The notes beneath the pieces are model-generated. The model was not told the DNA's origin, did no database searches, and worked only from the letters and a program-made list of their open reading frames with translations. A stretch of DNA of 64,000 nt from Narcine bancroftii (Eukaryota). Numbering within the stretch: the stretch's first letter is position 1; every line of letters starts with the position of its first letter. The stretch covers positions 99,572,001 through 99,636,000 of the forward strand of contig NC_091478.1 of assembly GCF_036971445.1 (NCBI RefSeq), written 5' to 3'. Positions 49,906 through 62,454 of this stretch are shown here, one piece after another. A program made the translations under genes and the position numbers.

Positions 49906-51190
49906 CTCCAGAGGAAATTATTGAAGTCGGTACAATTTTGAAATTCAAATGACATTTGGAGAGATCCGTGGATAGGAAGGGTTTAGACCAAATGCAGACA
50001 CTTGTAACTAGCCCAGAATGCCAAATTAGTTGGCATGGACTAGTTGGGCCAAAGGGCCTGTTTTATGTTATGTGGCTTTACCACTCAACAAGTCTTTGAA
50101 AGATAGGCAAAAGTTAGGCAATGGACTCTGACAGGCAGGTGGGTAGAGTGAATCTTGAGGTGGCAGGAGAATGGTAGCTGTGGGGAGGAGTTGATTAGAA
50201 TATGGGAAGAATAATATCGGAAAGGGGGATGGATATAACTGGATCAGTGGATCAGCATTCTTCCAAAGGTGCCAGAGGGCTTGTTTCTGTGCTGTGTCTT
50301 CACGTCCTTTCACCGTTCCACATCTCCTTCGAAATTTTTCTGATGCCCTGAAATATAAATCAATTGATCAACACAGTTATTTGCAGTGACTTCCAGATTA
50401 GTTGAAGTGAGATGTTGTCCTGTCCCGTAATCTCGATTGGCACAGAGTCTATGAGCTCTGGATGATGGTGCTTTGTTTTTCTAGTGTTTACATGAAGTGC
50501 AGCAAATATTAAACTTGCCTATTGTCAATGTTGGTTTAACTTCAATTCCACATCATGTGCATTTCTTATCAACTCTGCAGACCAGCATTTTAATTTTGGG
50601 AATGTTGATCAGGGAGTCGGCTGTGAAAATTGACATCCTGAATAGTCACCTCAAATTGTCCTTTGCAAAATTGATTTTTCTTGTGCATTTAATCTTCTTT
50701 TCCTATCAGTTCACATAGACATGCACTTTAAATAAAATTTATTCTCTGCGTAAGATGCATAGTTCTTGTTTGAGATTTGCAGAGTTTCAAGTGGGATGAA
50801 GAGTGTGATTGGAACTTCACTTCAATGGAGATGGTATTACCAGTTTCCATCTCCATTACAAGCACTGCTGATCTGCTATTGGATCTGCTCCAACTAACTG
50901 CCTAATCCATTGGTCTGGTCTCAGTTTCCGGCTTTGAACCCTTTGTAAATCTGAGGCAATGCTGAGCTCATTATATGAACTGCACATTGTTCTTGAAACC
51001 CTAAAGTCACTGTCCAAAAATGCTATACATTTGTAATTGCTATCATTGTTTACTTATGTCCTTTGTTGTCTCTATGTCTGTGACCTCTTTTAACCCCAAA
51101 ATCTCCCAAGGTCGTAAAACATGAAAGTTTTCAGATGCAGTGACTGAAGGGAAAACACAATGGTGGAACAAGTCAGCAGGTCAAACTGTA

Positions 51191-52340
51191 CTTTCTTTCT
51201 TTTCTTTGGCTTGGCTTCGCGGACGAAGATTTATGGAGGGGGTAAAAGTCCACGTCAGCTGCAGGCTCGTTTGTGGCTGACAAGTCCGATGCGGGACAGG
51301 CAGACACGGTTGCAGCGGTTGCTAGGGAAAATTGGTGGGTTGGGGTTGGGTGTTGGGTTTTTCCTCCTTTGTCTTTTGTCAGTGAGGTGGGCTCTGCGGT
51401 CTTCTTCAAAGGAGGTTGCTGCCCGCCAAACTGTGAGGTGCCAAGATGCACGGTTTGAGGCGATATCAACCCACTGGCGGTGGTCAATATGGCAGGCACC
51501 AAGAGATTTCTTTATGCAGTCCTTGTACCTCTTCTTTGCTGCACCTCTGTCTCGGTGGCCAGTGGAGAGCTCGCCATAGAACACGATCTTGGGAAGACGA
51601 TGGTCCTCCATTCTGGAGATGTGACCTACCCAGAGCAGTTTGATCTTCAGCAGCGTGGATTCGATGCTGTCGGCCTCTGCCATCTCGAGTACTTCAATGT
51701 TGGTGATGAAGTCGCTCCAATGAATTTTGAGGATGGAGCGGAGACAACGCTGGTGGAAGCGTTCTAGGAGCTGTAGATGATGCCGGTAAAGGACCCATGA
51801 TTCAGAGCCGAACAGGAGTGTGGGTATGACAACGGCTCTGTATACTCTAATCTTTGTGAAGTTTTTCAGTTGGTTGTTTTTCCAGACTCTTTTGTGTAGT
51901 CTTCCAAAGGCGCTATTTGCCTTGGCGAGTCTGTTGTCTATCTCATTGTCGATCCTTGCATCCGATGAAATGGTGCAGCCGAGATAGGTAAACTGGTTGA
52001 CCGTTTTGAGTTTTGTGTGCCCGATGGAGATGTGGGGGGGCTGGTAGTCATGGTGGCTGATGGAGGACCTCAGTTTTCTTCAGGCTGACTTCCAGGCCAA
52101 ACATTTTGTCAGTTTCCGCAAAACAGGATGTCAAGCGCTGAAGAGCTGGCTCTGAATGGGCAACTAAAGCGGCATCGTCTGCAAAGAGTAGTTCACGGAC
52201 AAGTTGCTCTTGTGTCTTGGTGTGAGCTTGCCTCAGATTGAAGAGACTGCCATCCGTGCGGTACCGAATGTAAACAGCGTCTTCATTGTTGAGGTCTTTC
52301 ATGGCTTGTTTCAGCATCATGCTGAAGAAGATTGAAAAGA
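51191..52340 (-). mobile_element. RTE-clade LINE, 5'-truncated, inserted in a Penelope pseudo-LTR
   Basis: ORFs with VRELLFADDAALVAHSE..GLEVSLKKTEVL and WVGHISRMEDHRLPK..CNRCNRVCLSRIGLVSH; same 3' end as the 47431 copy. Confidence 0.95.
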
Positions 52341-52870
52341 TACATGGCCAACCTTTCGGGCTTGAGCTCCTCATCAAGATATGAGGAAAATGTAGGCGGG
52401 GGTAGGGGGAGACAAGAGGTAATAGGTGGATAAGGGATGGAGGGCACAGCAGATAATAGAGAGGGAAGCAGTTTAAGATCTAGAAGAACGGAAGTGGTCT
52501 AGAAAAACTGGAGATGTTGATGTTAATGATATCTGGTTGGATAGTGCCCAGGCAGAACATTAGGTACTGCTCCTTCAATTTACAGGTGGCCTTGATTTAG
52601 CAGTGCACGAGATCATGGACAGACATGTCAGTATGGGAGTGCGGAGCAGAAATGATATGGTTGGCCACTAGGAGATGCAGCCATTAATGCAGACAGAGTG
52701 AAGGTACCTAGCGAAGCAATCTCCCAGTCTGCATCCAGTCTCTCCTATGTAGAGAAGGCCACAACAGGAGCACCAGATGCAGTAGATAACTCCCGCAGAT
52801 TCACAAAGGAAGCGTTGCTTCATTTGGAAGGACTGCTTGGGACCTCGAATGGCGGTGATTAAGATGGAGT
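52341..52870 (-). mobile_element. Penelope-like element (GIY-YIG endonuclease remnant); pseudo-LTR continues at 51120-51190
   Basis: IRGPKQSFQMKQRFLCESAGVIYCIWCSCCGLLYIGETGCRLGDCF in ORF 52668-52976. Confidence 0.9.
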
Positions 52871-53907
52871 TCGTGCAACTGTGGCAATCGTGGAGTTTTG
52901 CAGCATGAAATGAGGCCCTTTGGCCCATCTTGTCCACGCTGACCAAGCTAAGTCTCATTTTCCCATATATTTCCAAACTTTTCCCGTCTATGTCCGAAAT
53001 ATCTTTTCACTGTAACAGTTGTCCCAACTTCTACCCCTCCCCCTGGCCGCTCAACCTATACACCCACTGCCTTTTGTGTGAAATAGGGTCCCCTCAAGTT
53101 CTTTTTAAATCTTAATTCCTCTCATAACTTTATGCCCTCTACTTTTCGATTGTACTGCTCTGGGAAAAAGGCTACAATGTGTTTACTTAAGTTTTCCTCT
53201 TAAATCTTAACACCTTCACCGTTCCCAGATATATCTCTTATGTTCTAAACTCTGTCCCTTTTTGCAATGCATCTGCCACAGCATTTTCTTCCTTTCCATT
53301 ACTCTTTAAAACAATTTGATCATTTTTTTTGTTTATGGCTCATTGTCAAATTGGAGAACTCTCTTGTGAAAAATTAACTCCGCTTAAAGTACTTCATCAA
53401 TATAAATGTCGGCGCAATAGCCAAAATTTAATTTTTTTTTCTCAGGATTTTGTATCACGTAAGCTAATATAAATTCTTTGCAGTGAGAAGTTAATATTTT
53501 TTTTCTTGAATTTAGTCTGAAACAATTAAAAGGAATGAATAGTTAAGCCAATGTGAAGTGGATAGTACTACTTGTTTCTATCAGTTGATTATCCACTAAA
53601 CATGCTCTTACCTGGATTAGAATTCCAGGGTAAACTTTCTTGGGCAAGTAGGTCACGGCTGACTGGGGGGGGGGGTGGGGGGGGTCCCAACTCAGTGCAA
53701 GGCCTTCCCAAGTGTTAATGTCAAGTTACACCCACAAAACTGCTTTGACAAGTATAAAAGCTATGAGGCCAAGAGTTTGCCAGTTATTGAAACTATCGAA
53801 GGGATTTAATATTTGGAACATCAATTTTTCAAATGATGCTATTTTTTAAAAAATGAAATATTTTAAAATTGCTAATGTTGCTTTTACAAGAGTTAAATAC
53901 ACAGAAA

Positions 53908-54140
53908 AGGGCAGTACGGTTCGTGTAGCGATTTGTGCAAGGCTATACAACACCAGCATCCCCGGTTCAAATCTGGCATGGTTTGCAAGGGGTTTGTACA
54001 TTCTCCCTGTGATCATGTGGGTTCCTCCAGGTGATCCGATTTCCTTCTACCCTTCAAAATCGAGCAAGGGTTATAGGTTAATTGGGCAATAAGAGGGCAC
54101 GAGCTGGAAAGGCCTTTTATCAGGCTCCATGTGTAAAATT
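53908..54140 (+). mobile_element. HE1-like SINE
   Basis: gggcagtacggttcgtgtagcg head, ccggttcaaatc B box, tttgtacattctccctgtg body. Confidence 0.8.
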
Positions 54141-54649
54141 AAAGAAACTGGAAAGTATTTATACCCAATTAAATTAAACCTGCCAAGATCTCAGTTTCTA
54201 TGATGTGTAGCTCTCTAACATGTTAGTTACCAGCTGCAGTCGTCAGGAGGTCTGCAGAGGGTTTTGCGTGACTACTGGAGTTCAGAAGGAATCCAACACC
54301 CGAGAGCAGTCAAATTGTATGTTTTCCTGTGTAAATCTTTGTGACTTCCATGTTTGCACGGAAGCTGTGGCAGTAAGTAAAGTTTTGGAGGTAAACATAA
54401 CTCCATAAGGGGTCAAGTGGAAGATTGCAGATGCTTATGTGCTGAGTTCCTCCAGCATTCTTTGGATGCAATTATTCCAGGAATTGCAGTCATTTCTCTG
54501 GAATAATCATGGAAGAGGGTTTGGAAAAAGAGTAAATGCCCAAGTTTTGATCTTGAACTGGAATCAATATACAAGGTGTGTGGTGTGCAATGGTAAATAA
54601 TTGCAGCAAATATCCAATTTTGAAAATGAATTTGCATTTATATAACCAT

Positions 54650-54785
54650 ACCTTGATGAAGGGCTCAGGACCGAAACATTGGTTACCTTTTACATCCTAT
54701 GGATGGTGCGTGACTTGTTGAGTTTCTCCAGCATATTGGTGCATTGCACTTGATCCCAGCATCTGCAGGCATTCTGGTTTTACTT
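54650..54785 (+). mobile_element. Penelope pseudo-LTR with a decayed minimal hammerhead ribozyme motif
   Basis: TTGATGA a gggc tcag gacc GAAAC attggt. Confidence 0.6.
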
Positions 54786-55379
54786 GTGTTTATGAAGCTC
54801 TCTTTTGATATTTCAGGACATCTCAGATTGATTTACAGCTGTGCTTTGGAAATGTACTGCAAGGGGCATCACATGTAAATTGCTCACAAAAATACTGTAC
54901 ATTGTATGCCTTCATACTTGCTCAAAGGTTGTGCTGCCCTGTTGGAAGTAGGCAAATTCATCTGGATTCTCATAGCACTGTTGAAAGGGGGGGGTTGACC
55001 CTTACACCGAGGTCAAGATTTATCCATTGATTAAGATCACCGCAAAGCAGTTTCAGATTCCCAAACATCAAGTTGTCCTCGTGTCTGCCTGCTGCTCACA
55101 CTTCCACTTTTCCAGATGCATATGTCATCGTGTTTTCTTTTCCTCCTGTGGAGAGATGGCGCTGCTACTGTGAGGACTGGAGAATTTGAAAGGAAGTCTA
55201 CAAGACCCCTCAGTGCAGCATGAGGTAGAGAAAGCTTCAAGCAGCAAGAGGGCTTGGACAAACTACCTTGCGATCACAGGTCACAAGATCAAGAATTTCA
55301 ATTTGGATATGGACAATGTAGCCAAATGGAACTAGGCAAAAAAGGCCAGAATGAACGTGATGGGCAATAGGGCCCATTT

Positions 55380-56030
55380 TTCTTTTTTTAACATTTAATT
55401 TATTTAATCAATTATATAATCAATGAATAAAAATTAGAAAAGACACAAAATACATACATGATATTTTGAAAACTAATCGCCTACAACCCCCCCATCCCCC
55501 TTCCCTAACCCATCCACCCCAACCCACTCCCCTCTAATCTACCCCCAAAAAAAGAGAAAAAAAGGAAGAGGAGATCATATAACATTGAAATTGCTCAGTT
55601 AATTACCATGGTTTGGAGCAACACCACGAAAGTGCGGGAAGGGGGATTTAATAATTCAACCCCATATAATCCAAATACGGGCTCCAAGTTTTATGATAAA
55701 AAAAGATAATTATCACTTAAATTATATGTTATCTTTTCCAATGGAATACAACACCTCAACTCCATATGCCATTTTTGAATACTCAAATCAGTCTCATTTT
55801 TCCAAGTAATTGCCAAACATTTTCTGGCCACAGCTAAAGCCAATCTCAAAAATGTGATTTGAAATCTGTTTAATTTCAATTCTAAGATATTCCTCTTGAT
55901 ACTACCCAACAAAAACACCACAGGATCTAATAGAAATTTCACTTTCAAAATAACTTCTTGAAGTTCCTTAAGTTTATTCCAAAAGGGTTTCACTGTCTCA
56001 CATGACCAAGTAGAATGTAGAAAGGAACCT
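55380..56030 (-). mobile_element. L1-clade LINE 3' end
   Basis: GSFLHSTWSC..FWNKL..DPVVFLLG..ARKCLAITWK..PLEKITY; aataaa and A-rich tail on the minus strand near 55380-55405. Confidence 0.85.
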
Positions 56031-56647
56031 ACCTGGGCCCATTTTTCCAGTGTGCAACTCTACGACTCTGGAAGAAACTAAAGGATTATTAAAAAGAACT
56101 CTAAGACGTTGGTCTAAGGTGACTTTAGACTAAGATTAACCAATCCTTAAAAGTTGTCCAACAAATCACCAATTTCAGGAACAATTAGAGATGAACAATG
56201 CATGTTCGGCTTATCAGAAATGTTTGAATTCTGCAAAGAAATGTAACAATTTTTATTCACAACATACCTCTTTATTGCAGAAAAACACCTAAGGTCCTTT
56301 ATATTGAACAGACAAAGAAAGAGCAACAACTGAAGGAGGGTTCAGGGTATTTGTGAAAGTTGTTGGAATGGGATAGGGAGGCACCTCACCTATACATCAC
56401 CTCTACTCTTACTTGCATCAAACCCTTTATCTTGGGCTTTCCAATAAAGCTCCTAGCCTGTACTAAACTGACATTAAACAATTACACCTTCATAATGGAA
56501 GTGAAGCAAACCAGCATAAGTAATAAGGTTCCAGGTTACACTTGAAGAGCTCAAAAAATACTGTAAGGTCTACGGAGATTACCTTTAATAAAAGTAAATT
56601 TAAAGAAGTTTTACATCATCAGTTTCACTACTTCTCAGCATTGAAGC

Positions 56648-57130
56648 TGTGAGGGGTGCTGAACAAAGTGGCAACTCTCTGTCTGCCTTACGGTAGACCA
56701 GTGGTTCTTTTCTTTCCACTCACATTCCATTTTAAGTAATCCCTAGGCCATCGGTGCTCTGTGATGAGTAAGGTGGGATGTGAGTGGGAAGGGAAGGTTG
56801 AGAACCACTGCTCTAGACCCAATTGTTACTGAAATATTTTGCTTGAGAAAAATTGTCATTGGCCCATTTCCTTTGGAGATCTGAAACAGTGCACATAACA
56901 AGTCAATGAGCTACGATTAAAACAGTGGTTTTCAACCTTTTCCTTCCACTCACATCCCACCTTAAGCAATGCCTTACTCATCACAGAGCACCTATGGCCT
57001 AGGGAATACTTAAAGTGGTGTGTGAGTGGAAAGAAAAAGGTTGAGAACCACTGTGGTAGACAAAAGAGAAGAATTTAATGATTGTTACATTCTAAATGTA
57101 GAAATACGTGACAATAATGGAAATGCCTTT
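56648..57130 (+). mobile_element. tRNA-Thr SINE copy 3 (head missing), host of a MITE insertion
   Basis: gtgaggggtgctgaacaaagtggcaactc..cttacggtagac | aaaag..tgttacattctaaatgt..gtgacaataatggaa. Confidence 0.8.
56699..57053. mobile_element. Composite hAT MITE, copy 3 (opposite orientation)
   Basis: CAGTGGTTCT...AGAACCACTG; 8-bp TSD cggtagac / tggtagac. Confidence 0.92.
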
Positions 57131-57684
57131 GAGCATTTATATATCATGGCTCCTTAGAATGGAAAAAGGTAATTTTCTCTTTGGATGAGGATCTGCAAAA
57201 AAATATACAATGTATGCATAAGAGGCAACTGCAAAGGGTCCTAAGTTCTCACCTGTCTCCACCCAAAAATTGGAACTTTGGACAATTTTCATTTGTTTTT
57301 GGTCTCAACACTGCCGCAGGATATAATTGTTTGCAATTATATATAGCATTTAACCCATCAAAACAGCTGAGGAGAGGAGCCTGGATCGGTCAGGTATAAG
57401 GACCATCTTAAAAGATGAAAGAGAACAAAGGGCTTATCAGTGAAACACATGGTTGGAGCTAAGTGAGGTTCCAGAGTTGAACCATTATTCCACTGTAGAG
57501 ACCACTGTATTTTCCTTTCTGTTGTACTCGGTAAATTGTATTCCTTATATGGTGGTTTGAATGTTAGACTGCTCTCAGAAAAACTATTCTCCCCTTTACA
57601 TATTACCAGCGTAATGTGACAAATAAATAAAATTTAAGAGGGATGGCATTATTCGAGTGTGAGATATTCAAGCTGAGAGAATTT

Positions 57685-57957
57685 NNNNNNNNNNNNNNNN
57701 NNNNNNNNNNNNNNNNNNNNNNNNNNNNNNNNNNNNNNNNNNNNNNNNNNNNNNNNNNNNNNNNNNNNNNNNNNNNNNNNNNNNNNNNNNNNNNNNNNNN
57801 NNNNNNNNNNNNNNNNNNNNNNNNNNNNNNNNNNNNNNNNNNNNNNNNNNNNNNNNNNNNNNNNNNNNNNNNNNNNNNNNNNNNNNNNNNNNNNNNNNNN
57901 NNNNNNNNNNNNNNNNNNNNNNNNNNNNNNNNNNNNNNNNNNNNNNNNNNNNNNNNN
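57685..57957. other. Assembly gap (N run)
   Basis: Run of N. Confidence 1.
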
Positions 57958-58033
57958 TCTGTGTATGGGTGTGTGTGTGTGCTTGCACGCGTGTGTGTTT
58001 GGGTGTGTGCACGCGCATGTGTGTGTGAGAGAG
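57958..58033. repeat. Imperfect (TG)n/(GA)n microsatellite at the gap edge
   Basis: Visible dinucleotide repeats. Confidence 0.9.
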
Positions 58034-60904
58034 AAATAAAATTATATATCTATTGCAACACAAAGAGTAAACATTAATTTCCTCTTCAGAAATTTATACA
58101 TCAATTGGATGCTTTCTGAACTTACATAACTAAATGAACAGCTCTCTAGTACAGAGTTCTTCTGCGAGCAATCTATAGGTTACCTTTAGCATTCAGACAA
58201 CCATTCAATATGCACAATTTACAAAGATTAGTGCACAGAGTTATGAAAATGCAACAGAAAGGCTTCTACAGTGGTTCATTTCTGGAATCTCACAGTATGG
58301 GTGATCATCTCTTGAATGATGTTCTTTAGAATGTAAAATTTTAGAAATTTTCTGTATGTCTGACTGTTAACATAAGTGAAGTCAGAGGGGAGAGATCTGC
58401 TCACTAAAAGCAAGGAAGTAAATAGAAGCCGATCACATATAAGAAAATCAAGTTGTGTACAGAACTTTGAGATGAACAGGTTGATTTCACACAGAAAATG
58501 AAAAGTGTGTGGACAATACTTCACCATGTCACTGCAAATAGATTAGCAAATCCCAAGATAATGTTTCAGCCAGAAGATGTGGCTGTATTGGCATTAACAT
58601 CAAAATACAATATCTGACAAAGCAAGAAAAATGACTACATAAAAATCAATATTAAATATTCCAATTTAATCTGACTTTCCCCACAGCTTGACATGCCTAC
58701 CTCAGCCTCGGATTATTTGACAGGTGAATATGTAAGGAGAGCAACAGGTTTAACAGCAGCAATTTAACCAGAACTATATTTTTTCTACTATTGGTGTCCA
58801 AGAAAATAAACGTTGTGGGGAATTTTTAATCTTCATCAGAAATCTGGCAATATCTGCGCAGCTAGATAAAGCTTAGAAAGCCCATGTCCTGTGCAGTTTT
58901 GCAAAAAATACAAATAGACTTACAAAAATGAGCAATTTCCCCAGGAAAATTGGAAAATCTGCCAAGCAATTCTGAGTGACCTGCCATCAATCAGCGCTAA
59001 ATTCCCCCGAGCTGCAAAATATTCACTGATTTGCAGTTACTGAGATGCTTCACCCAGTAGCTAATGGCATGTGGCAAATGGATTCAAGTGCTACAGAGAT
59101 CATTAGGGACCAAATATGCTACATGAATAATAAAACCAAAAAAAAAAATGTTCTAGGATGACCTTCTTTTTGAGAGAATGGTTTATGTGAATCTGGTTTT
59201 GGTCAGGAAGCCTGCTCTGAAAGTCAAATTCTAGCAGCCTGTTTGAACCTCGTAAGGGAAAGGGAATATTCTGCTCTTTAAGGGCAGTGGCACACCAAGT
59301 GGCTCATTTGCTTCTGAATTACTAAGTTGGGAGCTTAAATATTACTGAGAGAGCGCTACATTGGCTGGTGGGGCATTCTATCTGCAAGAACATCAACTCA
59401 TTGCAGACCTCCATCAACCGAAGACGTATGTGAAGGCAGTCAACATCAAAAAGGGATCCCCATCCCCCTTGATTAGCTCTCTCCTTGCTGCTACCTCCAG
59501 GCAAAAGGTGCAAAGAGGAGTCAAGGTCAGAATAAGTAAGGATATCTGCAGATTTTGGGGTCAAGTGCAGCGCACAAATGTGCTGGAGAAGCTCAGCAGG
59601 TCTTAATATTTGAGGCCTGGGCCCTTCATCAGCAATGTCTAAAATCAGGCAGTTAGGTGACCAGAATTGGATCCTTGCCAAACTGGGTTAATGCACAGGT
59701 TCATCAAAACATCCTTGATTTTGCATGGTGTCTCCATGAATCCCAGAATTCATGTGCACTGTTTCCCAGTTTGTCGACATGCACCTGTCACTTGCAAGGA
59801 ATTATTGACAGGTGGTTAGATATTCAACCCACTCTGTCTGCACACTATAAATGAAGGTTTCGAGCTGAAACATCAACAATCAACCCGCACCCACCCACCA
59901 TTGATCCTGCTTGACCGGCTGAGTTCCTCCAGCAGATAGCGATATTGTTCGCTAAGAATTCCAGCAATTGCAGTGCCGAATGCCTCCAGTTTCAGAATGT
60001 GAATGACCTATGGTTCTAGTGGAAAGAGAACAGTTGAGCTATGAATTTGGAGTAGGAATCTTTCCCGCTGCCACACAAGGGATGTGGGTTTCACAGCTTG
60101 GCCAGTGTTCGAGCACCCACCCATAAATGCTTTTGAGAAGGTGGTGTTGGGTAGAGAGTTCAGGATTTTGACCCAGCGATGATGAAGGAATGGTAATACA
60201 TTCCCAAGGCAGGATGTTGTGCGGCTTGGAAGCAGCCTGGCTGCAATGTGATGGTTTCTGAACTGCAATGAAGCTGACAGAAGTTCTGGGAGCTGGGGTC
60301 ACTGGGAAAGACGGCACCTGGTGCTTCTCTCTAACGCGTGACATTGGCAAGGATGACTACAGTTTCTGAGAAATGGAAGGTTTTTTTTAATTAAATTTTA
60401 AATATGCAGCATGAAAACAAACCATTTCAGCCCATGAGCCCATGCCGCTCAATGACACCCAACTGACCTACACCCCTGGTAAATTTTTGAATGGTGGGAG
60501 GAAACCAGAGAAGATACAAACTCCTTATAGACAGTGTGGAATCTGCCTGTTGCAATCATTAAATTGAGATCTTAAACTGTTAAGAATTTGTAACTTGTTT
60601 ATATTTCACCCCCATCCCTCTCAATCCGTCCAGGCTCTCTCTCTTAACATCTTTTGTCTTCTCCTTTCTCCATTTCCTTTCTCTGCCCCTCCCTTTATTC
60701 ACCTTCTCCTCCTGCCTTTCACTTGGTCTCCCATCCTCTCATTCCCTTTACTGATTTCTTGTTTCTTTGCTTCCTCCTGTTCACCTCTCCATAATGTGGC
60801 ATCAGGACACTTTAGGTCAGGGTTTTGGATTTGAGGTGATCTAAAAAGGGGGGAAAGCAACTGTAGTGTTGTGATAGCATACTGTTTTAAAGCATCAGGA
60901 TTGT

Positions 60905-61075
60905 AGTTCAAATTTATTTGACATCCAATTGTACCAGTACAACCTGACGAAACAGCCTTCTCCGGTCCACGGGACGGAACACTGCAAATAGGTATACAGA
61001 CATAACACACATACAGACAAATGATACATATACACAGTGCATATGCATAAATATTATTAATAAATAGTAATGTCA
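60905..61075 (-). mobile_element. Rex1/Babar 3' UTR
   Basis: Same tail as 37340-37510 and 13500-13643. Confidence 0.7.
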
Positions 61076-61889
61076 TGCTAAGTTATAAACTTTCTCCATG
61101 ATGAATTCAACTAGTTTCAAATCTCCACTGACTTGAAATAATACTAATGCACATTGTGTCCTGCACGTTGCACACTGGACTGTTCTGCACTCAGGTCATG
61201 TTGCCTCAGTTAATACCTACTTTTCATTTTGTTGAAGTTGCCTAAATGTTATTTCAATTGTTTAATTCCACTGTCCTTTGAATTCCACTGATTTGCATTC
61301 AGACTCATAGAGAAATAGTTCCACTTTCAGTCACTGGAATTGAATGGGACACTAAAGCTGATTAAAACGACTTTTCCAATTGCAGAACCTGGATTGTTCA
61401 AGGAGAATTTCAGGGTAGATTATTTAAACGGAGAGCAATGTCAGTAATGTTATCACCAAAAAAAAAACATGTCAGAGGAAAAGAAAGGATAAGGCCAAAT
61501 GGCACCTCGAATCTGCTCCATCATATATTACGGGTGGTCTTCTCTCATCTTCTTGTTCTATTTCCTGAACATTTATTTATTTTTGTGTCTACACATGTAC
61601 CCATCAGAATGTATTCAGGATTTGAGAGAGACATCTTCAGAGTTGAAAGCTAAAAATTTTGATGACAAGCTATTGTAGAAGTCCAATGTTGTCCCTCCAG
61701 ATGTCAATGGCGAGAGGCTAGGTTTCAAGAGGAAGTGACACTTTGACATAATATATCTTAGGGCTCCCCTTGGCAGTATTCCACAGGCCAGTCTTCCAAT
61801 CTATATTTGATTTCCCATTCAAAGAAGAGACCATGCAGAGAGCGCCAGCTTTAGTGGACTGAATTGAGAGACATACAAGCACATTGAAT

Positions 61890-62445
61890 ATAGAACATAG
61901 AACATTACAGCACAGTCCAGGCCCTTCGGCCCTTGATATTGCGACGACCTACATATTCCTATTTTAAAAAAGTACTAAACCTTTCCTACCTCGTAACTCT
62001 CTAATTTATTTTCATCCACGTAGCTGCCTAAGGTTGCCTTAAATGTGCCTGATGTTTCAGACTCCACCACTACCATTCCAGGCATATCCAACTCTATTTT
62101 AAAAACTTACCCCTGATGTCTCCCCTAAACTTTCCTCCCTTCACTTTATACAAATACCCTCTGGTTTTTGCTGTTCCTGCCCTGGGAAAAGGGCACTGGC
62201 TGTCCACCTTATCTATGCCTCTCAGAATCCCATAGTCAGAATCTCCTCTCATCCTTCTTTGCTCCTAAGAGAAAAGTCCTAGCTCTGCTAACCTTGTCTC
62301 TTAAGATTTATTCTTGAATCCAGGCAATGTCCTGGTAAATTTCCTCCACATCCTCCAAGCCTTTCCTATAATGAGATGACCAGAACTGAACACAATATTC
62401 TAAGTGTGACCTCACCAGAAATTTGTAGAGTTGCCACATGATCTC
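61890..62445 (-). mobile_element. CR1 3' part
   Basis: (catagaa)n tail; ccagaactgaacacaatattctaagtg translates as LEYCVQFWS on the minus strand. Confidence 0.85.
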
Positions 62446-62454
62446 CTGATTCTT

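Noticed and set aside
50824-50857. 11-bp perfect inverted repeat aatggagatgg / ccatctccatt
   Set aside because: Short and isolated, with no supporting context.
55150-55170. CTCF site (gagatggcgctg)
   Set aside because: Lacks the conserved 5' CC of the core motif.
18704-58077. ORFs containing long X runs (near 18.7, 32.7 and 57.7 kb)
   Set aside because: Artifacts of translating assembly gaps.
58687-58723. Plus-strand small exon candidate (ccccacag|...ACAG|gtgaat)
   Set aside because: Signals of this strength occur by chance in 64 kb; the peptide is unrecognised and the strand is opposite to the best exon candidate.
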